From Raillietiella orientalis (taxonomy: Eukaryota), in assembly GCA_036172245.1 (NCBI GenBank), contig JAYWIR010000072.1:248001-312000 (forward strand): a stretch of 64,000 nucleotides of DNA. The letters run 5' to 3'. Shown one piece after another: positions 12,628 through 24,850 of the stretch (position 1 is the stretch's first letter; the number at the start of each line of letters is the position of its first letter). Both the position numbers and the translations under genes were made by a program. A model generated the notes under the pieces. It worked only from the letters and a program-made list of their open reading frames with translations, was not told the origin of the DNA and searched no databases.

Positions 12628-14306
12628 TAATCCTGGGAAAGTAACAATAGGGCTCCCGCCACCTATTGGGGCGGGACGCTAGGAGGAGGGGGTGCGTTGC
12701 GCACCGCTTATCCCTCCTTCATGGAGGCCGAGCCTTCTTCAGGGCCGTGCAGAGGAAGAAGGGTTTTACCCACCTGTACTTCCTCCTCCATGGGGGTCGC
12801 CAGCTGCACGGTGTCTGGGAATGAGAGATTCCCACCCTCGCGTCTCACGTTGCCGGCTTCCCCCTCGGTTGCCATTTCATCCTCCTCCTTCTTGATTTGT
12901 ACGGACCTCCTGGGATTCTAAGACTTGCGTCCCGTCATCTTTGGTGGCGCCTCCGTTGAGGACGCAGTTCCTGCATCCGGAGCATTCCTCGCGGCCGGTC
13001 TTGGTAAGCTCATCCGCGACTTCTTCTCACGGCCTTGCAGTTCTGCCTCGAGTTCTCCCACCGCCTGCTGGAAGGCGGCCTCGTCGATCGCGTTGAGCGC
13101 GGCGCCTGGTTCCCCATCTGTTTCTCCAGAGTGTTCGTCATCGACCGTCGCAGCTTCGGCGGACGAAAGGGGGGAATTGCTCGCCCGGTGGCGGCATCGA
13201 GTGCCCTTACACGCTCTAATGTTATTGAAGAGCGGAGTTTTTCGCGACACGGTTTTTTGCGCTGCGTTTTTGTTTTCCCCGCGCATCGTTTGGAACTCCC
13301 AGGCTTCCAACTGGGCTGTACCATCTGCCAGCCTTCGCCGTCGCCAGCGTCGTCGGGAGTGCTCTGAACCGACGTTTGCTGGGATGGCTTAGGGACTGGC
13401 ATCTGGCTCCTCACAGCCTGCTTCATGGTATTTGTCTCTCTCGACCGTTTCCCCTTTGCCTTTTTGGCAACTAAAGGGACCGGGATTTCTCTTTTTGGGC
13501 ACACCTTGCGGATGTAGCCCTTTTTTCCACATAAGTGGCATTGGATGTTATGGCACAGCTTTTTTAAGTGCCCTGTAGCATTGCAGTTGCTACAATACTG
13601 GGGCTTTCCCACGCACGTAGCATCGACTTTTTCTTCGCCGATATTTAGTTTGTGGGGAAACCCATTATTCTCCGGTATTGCGACGCAAGCAGCGGCCATT
13701 TCACTGAATAACCTTTCGTACGCTCCGACCACATTGGATTTGGCTTAATACGCGTGCACACTGCTGTGTTTTGACAACTTCTTATGAATGCTGGTTTTGT
13801 CCATTTGGAGTGATACGCCCGTGAGGTGGACCACGACGGACCGGTCCTCTGTCACAGGGAAGATCCTGCGGCGATTACCGTAATGGGGTTGTTTAGCAGG
13901 CGCTGTTCCAGACTTGCCTCTGTGCAAGTCAGCTCAAGTCGTGCCCCCCACTAAGGACGGAGAGGCCTTCGATGTCTTCCTCCCTCACGTTCAGTCTTTG
14001 CTACTCCATTTGAAATTAGCGTGCAATTTTCATGTCGAACACGCTGCCTACCTTGTGGTTCAGCGACGGTTTGTAGCCGCTGTCCTTGTAGGCAATCTGC
14101 TCCGCTATTGCAGCCGGGGATATTGCAGGAACGACGGCACTCCAACTCCTCGTCGCTGCCGAAGAGGGTCGCGAAGGGACGGTTTCCCCCGAATCCGATG
14201 GGGCAAGTGCCCCGGATTCCTTGTGGGCGGACACCCTCACTTTCATGCGTGGTGGCGAGGAAGTCACCTCTCCTCTCCTGATTTCCATCGCGGTGTCCTC
14301 AGGCAT
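12627..14306 (-). pseudogene. LINE family A-like ORF1, disrupted
   Basis: ORFs 14016..14306, 13010..13732 (CSNCNATGHLKKLC, CHLCGKKGY) and 12918..13310. Confidence 0.85.
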
Positions 14307-14364
14307 TTTTTTCGTGGGGCACCGGCGCTCCTACACCAGACAAAAGCACCGAAAACCTTCGCAC

Positions 14365-15015
14365 TAACTAGACCGCTGAGCAATGCCAAACCACCTCCGC
14401 TCTCTAGAAGGACACAGGTTTGAAGCGCAACTGTGCCCGGTGTGGAGAGCGGTAAGGCTTCTGCACCCTTTAGTTGACTGTGATGCCCTTCGGCCCCTGT
14501 GATGACGCTTCGGTTCCACCTTAGGAATCCTGGAAGGTAACTTTCCCAGAGACGTTTTTCGGCTTCTCATCGTGCGAGACGCCCTGCAGCCAGCCGTTGT
14601 AATGGCATTTCTGTGCTGCGTACCCGGCATTGTGGCAGCTTGTACTGCATTCGACGAAGCAGAGGATGTTAACGGAGAGAACGTCATGGAGTATTCTGCT
14701 CGCTTTCTGTGAATAGCATCCCGACGGCCCCAACTAAGAAATCTCTACCAAAACCTCGTCGGCATACTGCAAATAATGCAGCCTCCCCACAACGGAGGGT
14801 GATCTCTTCTTGACCCTCCAAATGACTAGTGTTTTTAATTTTTCTTTTTTCTTATTTATATTTTTTTCTGCAATGTCCATCCTTTGACGTGGAGTGTCAA
14901 GTCGGTATGTGCAACGTCCACGCGACAGCTTCTTAGATTTATTGGCCGCAGCGGGTCCTTCCACCGCAAATTCTGTAAGGTTTTTTAATAAACGTCTCTG
15001 TTTGACCGGGTAAAA
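14365..15015 (+). pseudogene. LINE ORF2 C-terminal zinc-finger fragment + 3'UTR
   Basis: CARCGE...HPLVDC and RDALQPA remnants; degenerate terminal motif AATAAAcgtctctgtttgaccgggtaaaaa at 14987-15015. Confidence 0.75.
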
Positions 15016-15980
15016 ACATCAAAGTGTACAGTGCGCACCGCATTTGCGACGTCTGGCTTCAGCAGAAAGACCACTCCTCGGGAATGGTCTCCACCGGAAC
15101 GCGAATGTAGCCTCACCCCTGTGAGCCTCTCGATTTCCTGTACGTTATCTCCCCTAAGAGGGTGAACCTCTTGGAGGAGAGCCAGACGGAAAGGTCGCAG
15201 GGTGTCGGCCACGATACGCCTTTTGCTTTCGATACGCAGCCCGTTGACATTCCAACAGGCTATACGCAGCTACCGGTAAGAAGCGTTTCCACGAATCATG
15301 CTAATGATGGTGGTGGCGATTGTGTTGCGGGCTCCTGTTCGGGAGTCGGCTGGTCGATGTCCACCTGCATAGTCGGTGTTTGCGCAACGACCTGAACGTC
15401 AGCATCCTGAATTAGGTCGAACGGAAGATCGGACCGGACGGTTTTTACGGAGGGATCACGCGGCCTCGCGGACATCGCCTCCTCGCTACCAGAGCGCGTT
15501 TCCTCCTCCTCAGCCTGCGGGGCAGCAACGCGCATAGGTTTGCGGGACTAACGGCCCGCCTTCCTCTTCGGGAGGGCGACGGTGGGAGCGTTTCCGGCTT
15601 TCGCCTCGGACTCGGAAGTTTCCGCTCCTTTGGCTTCCGCCGGACGTCTCACGGGCTTCTATACAGACTTAGGAAGCTGCATTAAAGTGGCCGCGAGTTC
15701 CTCCGCCGCCTGCTTAAAACCTCGTAGGAGCCTCTCGACCTCGTGCGCTTCCACAGTACAGACGTGTTTCTTAGTCTCACCGCGTCCGCGATTGAGCATC
15801 TTTGTGCGGTCGTGTTCGCACGTACTTGTGTGTTTCTGTTAAGTCGGCCAAGCAGTTTTGTGCTACATGGCCAATTCTCAGAATAGTGTTGTGGAGCAAG
15901 CCGATAAATCCACGTCCACTGGAATGGAAATGGCCGCATACTTCGTGACGGTTTCCTCGCTTTCGGTAAGGAGCTAAGCC
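15016..15980 (-). pseudogene. LINE 5' part: APE N-terminus and ORF1 C-terminal half, degraded
   Basis: CWNVNG and LRPFRLALLQEVH (ORF 14985..15212); AAEELAA motif and a degenerate knuckle upstream. Confidence 0.75.
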
Positions 15981-15983
15981 TCT

Positions 15984-16280
15984 GTGACCTCTCAAATATC
16001 AGGACCCTGCGATGCGGATTTGCAGTCCTGTGTGGTATCCAGCTACATGCCCGCGCTTCGTTATAAGGTCAGTGGGCCCCTTAACGAGGGTACCGGGCGT
16101 GAGCACAGCGATGAGTACGTCCAAATCGGCTTTCGAGAAGAGAAAATCCTTGCCATCATGCCTGCAGGCATCATGGAATACACGAAGATACGGTGCAAAA
16201 GCGCTACACTTGTGAAGTGCCTTCTTCGTTCTCGGTTCTCCATCGGTGGCAAGAAAGTCCTGCCTTCCGTGATGGACGTC
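15984..16280 (+). pseudogene. LINE family C ORF1 fragment
   Basis: PALRYKVSG...RCKSATLV...FSIGGKKVLPSVMD aligns with ORF1 at 6806..7909. Confidence 0.75.
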
Positions 16281-16289
16281 GCACGTACG

Positions 16290-19200
16290 TGCTTCGTCGC
16301 TTTCCTCGTACATTTCACCCGGTGAAGCCGAGGCGTTCGCTTTCCTCGTAAGGGGAACTTTGGCGGGAGCGGTGCCAGCGTTCGGTTAGACACGGAAGGC
16401 CGAGTGGGACAGCTTGTACTCAAGTGGTCACGTTCGCTACGAAAAGGTCGATCGAGTCGACCTTTTCGTAGCGAACGTGTGCGCGTCGAGCGCTGCTGGG
16501 CGATGAGCCCAAAGGATTGAGTTCTTCGGTAACGTTCGGAGCCACTGACTCACTCGTTGTCACTCTACTGTGTAGCATCTCATTGCGGGGGATTTTAACG
16601 TCCACCTGCTAAACAAGAACAGAGCGCACAAAAGGGAAAAGTTGCTAGTGGAAAAGATGTGCGCGTCCGTGTACGCGTGCAACTTGTTGGCTAACGACCC
16701 TGTAATGGCGGCATTGCCTTACCATGTATTCCTTGATGAATACTTGTTTTCTCGAGTGAATCAGGGAGGTTAAATGCCGTCCATGCTTTCAGACCACATC
16801 AGGTTTGAGATCGAGTTGCTCTTGCCCGTCAAGGGCCTCCAAACTGTGTTTGGAGGATGCCGGCATACTGGCTAAGTCACCCGGAGGTGGTAGCATCTTC
16901 GCCAGTACCTCCGCGGCTTTGCGATAAGTTAGCTATCGGATTGGGACAATCTGAAAAGATCGATCCGCGAGTTTTGCTGCCGGTTTGCATTGCAATAGCT
17001 TCAGCGCGGCTTCGGAGAGGGTGTAGCCAACCGCAGAGTCTTTCTGCAGGCCCGCTCCTTCTCCAGGCGCGCGGACGTTGGTCGATTATCCGAGTACAAG
17101 GCAAAGGCCGAGCGTCAGGTATGGCAGTCTGTAGCGACAGATCTGCTCGACGACCAGGACCGGTAATGCTCGGCTCGAACAGACATGCGACGGATAGTCA
17201 GGAGCTATTACTCTTTTCTGTATGCAGAGGCACCGACGGAACGCAGTCTCTTCGAGCTACTTCTGCCGATTGATGCAACTGTTGTAGACGAGGAGGAACG
17301 CGCGCGTCTTGATTAGCCCTTCACGGCAGAGTAAATTCCTAAGGCCATCTCATGGCTAAAGAGTCGAAAAGCGCCAGGCGAGGATGGATTCCCCGCGGAA
17401 TTCTTCCAGTGCTTTGCGGAGCTCATTCCTCTGATGCTCCAACTCTCGTCGCTAACGCGAGACGAGTCCGATGTCCCCGCCTCGTTTCACTCAGGGAAGG
17501 TGCGTCACCTGCCGAAAGGCAGACATTTTCGCTAACTGAACAATTGGCGTCCAATCACATTAGTGAATTCGGACGTCAAGTTGTTCTCGAAACTTTGGGT
17601 GGCGCGGATGGGTAGGATCGCGGAATCCTTGGTAAGTCCGGAGCAGACGTACGCTGTTCCTGGGCGGTCCATGGACGCGAATCTCTTGTTCATCCGCAAA
17701 TGGCTGCAATTGCAGCATCGTGTGGCGGTGGATCGTCGTGCGGAAGCGACGCCTTCGATCTCTCACCGACGGAGGCGCGGGACGCAAAGGGAGACACCGG
17801 GAGCCTTGGCGGTTGCAGTCGATCTGCACAAAGCTTTCGATTGCGTGAACCAAAAGCTTCTTCTTGAGCTTTTGGAACGTCTGGGTCTTCCGGCATCCTT
17901 GTTGGCGTACTTGCGCTCCTGCTGGCGCCACGCGATTACATCCATTGTTTTCAGTGGCTGTCGCGTGTACGGCGTGCCGGTACGACGAGGAATTAGGCAG
18001 GGTGACAGCTTAAGCCCGCTGCTCTTCAGCATCTATTTTGAATTGGTGCTGGAGGATTACAGGCTGACGCTAGCCAACCTGCCGAGCTCCTGTCCAGGTA
18101 CGCCCGCCGTGGCAGCCTATGCCGACGACCTGCTTCTCCTGTTGCCCATGTCCACCCGGACAGCGTCGCTTGAAGATTTCTTTGAGTTGATCCGTCGTGG
18201 TGCGGGCGTGAGCGTTAACAGGAGTAAGTGTATGGTTGTTCCGGTTGGTGCGACGTGGGAGGGGCAGTCCGACTGGATCGACCTGCAGATCCCCACGGGC
18301 AGGTACCTCAGGTACCTTGGCGTGCCGTTGGGCGACTTCTGCGTCTCAGAAGCGTGGTCGGACTGCCTTCGGAAGGCAGAGCGTGCACTTAGCCCGTTTT
18401 CAGGAGGCGAGTTCGTCTTGCCGGAACGGGCCTGCATCTGGAACACCTTCGTTGCCCCCCTCCTCCGCCCCCTGTTTTTTGTTTGTCCACCCCCCCAGGA
18501 AGTCAAAGTCTGGGCGCAGCGCCTCTTACGCAAAGCGTTGTGGGGCGCTGCAAGATCCCGTGTTAGACTTAAAGACTTGGTGGCGCCGCGTCAGGATGCA
18601 GGCTTGGGCATCCTCGACTTAAAAAGCATCGAACTGCAGGTGCAGTTTCGCATGCTGCGGCTCTGTGCCAAGCTGTGGTGTACGCCGTGGTGCTTACCCG
18701 CACGCCTTATACTGAGGCGCTGCACGGGAAGCGAGGGACTGCTTTCGTTGCTACCCCACTTTCGGCACACCAGAATAGGGTTTGGCTTCCCGCTGAGGCA
18801 GCTGTCCTCACTGCTGGAAGCCCACAGCTGGATCTCCTGCCGCCCCATGAACATTAATGCATGGCGGCAGGAATCTTTTTCATCGTGGGCAGCTTCCGAA
18901 GGAACGCGCCCGGAAGATCTTCGACGCCTGCGACTTCTCCTCAGTCATCAAATGGACGAAGTCATGCAGGACAAGAAGTTGTCGGATCGTCTGGCCGCCA
19001 CACCACTCGCCGTAGCGCTGTCTGCCCTCAGGGCAAGCAACGACGGTTGCCTACCGGCGGAATGGGAGTTCTCCTTCAAAATAGCGGGAGTCAGTAAGCT
19101 CCTCGGCAGCTGGACGACAAAGGAGCTGGTGCAAGCCGCCACACCTCGGAATCGGGCGAAGGGACTGCTTCGGTGGAGCGAACATTCAAGTGTGCCCCCC

Positions 19201-20054
19201 GGAGAGATAGTGGTTCCCCCCGTTTGTTTGGACAGCTCCGTGTTCCCCCTTAAGTGGAAACAAGATGTGCTCCTCTTTTTACATTGTGCATTTCACTGTA
19301 ATAGGCAGCGAAGCATCGTTTCCGGGGGAGCTGCTTTGCCAAACTGTTTAAGGTGCGGAGAGATCGAGTCTTTTTCGCACCTTTTGCTGGACTGCGGTGA
19401 CCTCCGGGAACTGTGGCGAAGGCTCACTTCGGCCATCATGCCACAAGGAGGCACTGCCATTGATGTGCTGCGGCGCTTCTTCAGCAGAAATGGACTTTCG
19501 GTTGGCGCGATTGTCGCAACCATGTGTTGCGTTCGCGCCATCGTGAAGGCCCGCTACGCCCTGGAGTTGTCATCGCAGCGAAGGGAGGCTCACCTGCTTG
19601 CAGCTCAATTCATGGAGAAGGCTTCAAGGTGGTCTCATCTTCGTGACAAGGTGAATGAGGACATCACCGGCATACATCGCCGGTTTACACACCTTTGAGA
19701 ACGGCGTAATCCGGTGACCCCTGCGACCTCTTGCCCACCCATACCCCGTCCCCGTTCGCTCGGTAAAATTTCCGGTGCCCATGCTTTTATCCCCGTGTCT
19801 TCCAGAGTGATCCCAAAGACCCTTATCCCGTCCTCCTTATTCATTGTTTTTATTTTATTTTGGTTTCTTTGTGTTTCCCGCCCCCCCACACCGTTCACAA
19901 AACTGTTACTCTGGCCTGCGTGCCAGCAATATTCTCTTCATTCTTGTTCAGTCGTCGGTTGGGAGTTTGGTTCCCAACTGGTTTATTTTGTATAATTGCT
20001 ATTTTTTTTGGTTATGTTATATGGAATAAACGCCCCGGCGTGACCGGGTGAGAA
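16290..20054 (+). mobile_element. LINE family C ORF2 + 3'UTR; APE and linker disrupted, RT to C-terminus open (17563-19698, 711 aa)
   Basis: AVDLHKAFD, GIRQGDSLSPLLF, AYADDL, YLGVPL and CLRCGE...HLLLDC are in one frame. GDFN and SDH remnants upstream carry stops. Terminal hairpin at 20025-20054. Confidence 0.92.
20025..20054 (+). terminator. LINE 3' terminal signal: AATAAA + GC hairpin + TGRSAA (representative copy)
   Basis: aataaacgccccggcgtgaccgggtgagaa. Homologues at 4880, 11716, 14987, 24002, 35836(-), 40476(-), 45570, 49613, 53408 and 61744(-). Confidence 0.75.
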
Positions 20055-22150
20055 ATCTCTAACCGACGGAGGCACGGGTCGCAAAGGGAAACCCCGGTAG
20101 CCTTGGCAGTTGCAGTCGATTTGTACAAATCTTTCGATTGCGTGAACCAAAAGCTTCTTCTTGAGCTCTTTGAACGTCTGGGTCTCCCGGCATCCCTGTT
20201 GGCGTACCTGCGCTCCTGCTGGCGCCACGCGATTACATCCATTGTTTTCAGTGGCTATCGCGTGTACGGCGTGCAGGTTAGGCGAGGAATTAGGCAGGGC
20301 GATAGCCTAAGCCCGCTGCTCCTTAGCATCTATTTTGAAATGGTGCTAGAGGCTTACAGGCTGACGCTAGCCAACCTGCTGAGCTCCTGTCCAGATACGC
20401 CGGCCGTGGCAGCCTATGCTGACGACGTGCTTCTCCTGTTGCCCCGGCGGCATCGATCGAAGATTTCTTTTAGTTGATCCGTCACGGTGCGGGCGTGAGC
20501 GTCAGCAGGAGAAAGAGCATGGTTGTTCCGGTTGGAGCGACGTGGGAGGGGCAGTCCGACTGGATCCACCTAGGGATCTACACGTGCAGGTACCTGAGGT
20601 ACCTTGGCGTGCGGTTGGGCGACTTCTGCACCTCAGAAGCGTGGTCGGACGGCCTTCATAAGGCAGAGCGTGCACTTGGCCCGTTCTCAGGAGGCGAGTT
20701 CGTCTTGACGCAAAAGGCCACAATCTAAAACACCTTCGTTACTTCCTCCTCCTACCCCTGTTTTTTGTTTGCTTACCCCTCCAGGAAGTCAAAGTTTGAG
20801 CGCATCGCCTTCTACGCAAAGCGTCGTGGGGGCTGCAAGGTCCCGCGTATGACTGGAAGACTTGGTGGCGCCGCCTCAGGATGCAGGTTTGGGCATCCTG
20901 GACTGAAAAAGCTTCGAGCTGCAGGTGCAGCTTCGTATGCTGCGGCTCTGTCTTGAGCTGTGGTGTACGCCGTGATGCTTACCCGCATGCCTTATACTGA
21001 GGCGCTGCACGGGAAGCGAGGGACTGCTTTCGTTGCTGCTTTACTTTCTGCACACCAGAATAGGGTTTGGTTTTTCGCTGAGGCAGCTGTACTCACTGCT
21101 AAAATCCCAATGTTGGATCTCCTGCCGCCCTATGAACATTAATTTATGGCGGCAGGAATCTTTTTTATCATGAGCAGCTTCGCTAGGAACGCGCCCGGAA
21201 GATTTTTGAAGCCTGCGACTCCTCCTCAGTCATCCAATGGACGAAGTCATGCAGGACAAGAAGAAGAAGGATCGTCGGGCCGACACACCACTCGCTGCAG
21301 CGCTGTCTGCCCTTCAAGTTAAGCAACGACAGTTGCCTACAGGTGAAATGGGAGTTCTACTGTATAATAGCGGGAATCAGTATGCTCCTCGGCGGCTGGA
21401 CGGCAAAGAAGCTGGTGGAAACTGCAACTCCTCGTAATCGGGCCAAGGGCCTGCTTCGGTGGAGTGAGCATTTAAGTGTAACCCCGAAGAGTGGTTCTCC
21501 CCGTTTGTTTGGACAGCTCTGTGTTCCTCTCAAAGTGGAAACAAGATTTTCTACTCTTTTTACACTTTAATCTGCAGCGTAGCAGCGTTTCCGTGGGAGC
21601 TGCTTTGCAAAACTGTTCGAGGTGCGGAGAGATCGAGTCTTTTCCGCAGCTCTTTTTGGACTGCGGTAACCTCCGTGAACTGTGGCGAAGGCCATCCTGC
21701 CGCAGGAAGGCACTGCCATTGATGTGCCGCGAAGCTTCTTTAGCAGAAATGTATTTTCGGTAGTCGCGATTGTCACAGCCATGTGTTGGATTCGTGTTAT
21801 CGTGAACACCCACTACGCCCTGTGGTTGCCAGCGCTGCGAAGAAAAGCTCACCGGTTTGCAGCATAATTTATGGAAAAGGCTGCTAGGTGGCTTTATCTT
21901 CGTTACGAGGTGAAAGAGGACATCGTCGGCATCCATTGCTGGTTATCAGACTTTCAAGAACGGCGTAATCCGGTGACCACTTTGATCTGTTGCCCACCCA
22001 TACCCATTCCCCTATCGCTCTGCTAAAATGTCGGCGTATTACTTTTATCCCGATACGCACCAGAGCGATCCCAAAGACCCTTGTCCCAGCGTCCTCATTA
22101 TTTTCTTTTTCTTTTGTTTTTGTTTGCTTGTATTCCTTGTCCCCAGATTT
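20055..22150 (+). pseudogene. Second, more degraded family C 3' part in direct orientation
   Basis: Direct paralogue of ~17757-19880 (AVDLYKSFD, AYADDV, CSRCGE) with many frameshifts. Confidence 0.9.
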
Positions 22151-24031
22151 GCGCACATTCCGCTCAAGTGCGCCGGTACGCAGGCGGTTTCAGCGTACGT
22201 GGACGATTGACTGCTGCTGCTTCCTATGTCCATCCCGTCATTTGAGGTCTAGGAGCTCCTCGATCTGCAAAGTCAAGGAACCGGGCTTAAGGTGAACAGG
22301 GCGAAGTCGTCTGTCATGCCACTCGGTGCGGCGTGGGCAGGGCAGCCGGACTGGGTTTGTTTGATGATCCACAAGGTACGGTACTCCAAGTACCTTGATT
22401 TACCTATGATGTATTATCTTCCTTCGGATGAGTGGTCCAGCTGCCTTGAGAAGGTAGAGACGGCAATCGGCCCGTTCCAAGGCCGCAGGTTTTTCCTGAC
22501 GGAATGGGACGCGGTGTGGAACACGTTCGCGAACCCCTTCTCCGTTCCCTACTTTTTGTTGGCCCTCCCATTGCAGAGACAATAAAGCAGGCGAAGGGCC
22601 AACTAAGGATTGCCCCGTGTGGTAGGGGAGAGCCCGAGTCCCGCTTGCGAACTTGAGCGCTCCGCGTGCGGATGGCTGTCTCGGTCACCTGACGCTGGAG
22701 AGCCTGCAGCTCCAGCTCCATTTACTTTTAGTCTCCCTAGTGGCAAAGTATTGGAGTAGTAGCTGATGCGATCCTGCACGTCTCCTCGTCAAACTCTAGG
22801 AGAGCAACGTGGGAGTCTCATCCTTCCTATCGCTCCGTTGTCGCCGCCAAGTCGGTCGCTGCGGTTTAAAGTTGCGTAGAGGGGCTGATCCGAAGAGGTT
22901 GAACGCGGAAAGGCTCTTCTGTTGCCCACTTAACGGAACTGGCTGGCTCCAGGAAACCGTTTCCACGTGGGCGAGGAGCAACGAGCGACTCGCCGAGCAA
23001 TATCGCACACAACTGTTTGCGCTCAACTACCACCTCACGGTGCGGGAGATCGTGGAGAACCCCCACAAACAAGCATATAAAAGAAAAACTCCCCTCGCTT
23101 CAATGCTGTTTTACCTCGTGGACCATCTGAACAGCAATACTGCGGCGACATGGGAAGTGGTTGCTTAAATCTCCGGTACAGAGAAAAAGATCGGGGAATG
23201 GAAAACTGGGATTCTTGGCGATACTGCAGTTCACATTATCAACCCTTTTGGACTTTTACGCTGTGGTGAGCTGCTAAAAGTTCCGCCGGAACAACTGAAG
23301 TGGCCCCGGATCTGATAAACACCTTCATCCTCTCCTTCAAATAGCAGGATTCGGCGCTACTGCTGCTGTTTTGGGGACTCCCCTGCAACCTCCGCCGACA
23401 CCATTGGACCTAGGGAGCAATATACCCTAATTGTGTAAGGTGTCAAGAACAACATTCCCCTCTCCACTTCCTTATGGATTGTAAGGCTCTTCGGACCCAT
23501 TCCAACCGCTTCGCCGCAGCAATCGAAATCCCCTGTGGCAACAGCAGAAACGCAATTAGATCCCTCTTTGTTTCCGACTTCGTTCGGCCCTCGTTCTCGT
23601 TAGCAGCCCTGTGCTGCATCCGCAGGATCGTCGCTCCTTGTAGCAAGGCAACGTTTGGACCACGCGATGAGGGTGCCGTCCAATGCGCAGTCGAATTTAT
23701 GAGGACAGCGACTGAATGCACCCATCAGGATTCATCCATCAAGGAACAGCTTGCCGGCATCCTAGAAAGGATGTAATGGCCCCACAGCAGACTGCGATCC
23801 CTTCCCGTGCCTTTTAGATCTTGTTATAATATATACAAATTCTTGATATTTGTTATATCTTTTTGTTTTCTCCCTGTTCCCTCTGCTGTCGTGGTGGACC
23901 ATACCCCGGACTGCGAACCTGTGACCCTGCAGATTTATTGTTGTTCATTAGTGCGTGGCTGGACCACCAGTTAAGCCACAAACTGTCGTTTACTTCGGAA
24001 AAATAAGCGCCCAGTCGCAACCGGGTGAGAA
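22151..24031 (+). pseudogene. LINE family D 3' part (RT from the YxDD region to the 3' end), degraded
   Basis: AYVDD, VNRAKSSV, KVETAIGPF and LHFLMDC; terminal motif at 24002-24031. Confidence 0.85.
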
Positions 24032-24850
24032 CGAAGGTCGCAAACGTCAAAGCCCCGCAGATTCTTGCAGAGATTCTCTGCAGCAGCCCGAATGCTAAAC
24101 CACTCGTACGGCTTCCTCCAGACGTACGTCAGAAAACCCTTGCAAAGTTTTACGAGCTCAACCTCCAGCCTGCACGGTCGGAAAGCACGGACGGGATTGG
24201 ACTTCTTCGATTCAACCGACAGAGCAAGTGTTCGTCAAGGAACCCATGGTCAGGCAACCGGCGTAGCCCGGGATCTTGGGCTAGCAAATTCGGAGCGTGC
24301 ACAGAAGCTCAGACACCCATTCACAGATGGCGTCTCCTCTCAAATAGCATGTGGTCGTTTAAGTCCCCGGCTACGAGGTGAGCCACCTCTAGGACAGAGT
24401 TGCTGAGCCAGTGGCTACGAAGACTTCCGAGAAACCGTAGTCTTTCCGAACGACGCACCGCTCCACTCGATGCATGCACATTCGTGACGACAAGATTAAT
24501 TAAATCGAACCAGTTGAGCTTCCCCGTCGAAACCTATGTTCCACACCGCCTTCGCCACCCTGCTCCGAAGAAGGAATGCGACTCCACAAGAATTTTGGGT
24601 GCCTTTCTGTTAATGGAGCATCTTGCCTGCTCGGACTTTAACATCGTCCAATTTTTGTTCGGAGATGTCCTGTGTCTCCTGCAGCAGGACCAGATCAATG
24701 TCGCTCAAGTATTTGGCTACCAACAGCCACTTCTTTGCGTCCAGCAGCCGGTTGACGTTCCAACAGGACACGCCTACGCAGAGGGAAGATGCGAGTCCGC
24801 TCTTTACGGCGTCGAGCATGGCGGAGCGTTCGTCGCTCCGTGCGGCGACG
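24032..24850 (-). pseudogene. Divergent LINE APE 5' part, degraded
   Basis: GVSCWNVN...VLLQETQ (ORF 24610..24819); GD(L)N and SDH-like remnants. Confidence 0.78.
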
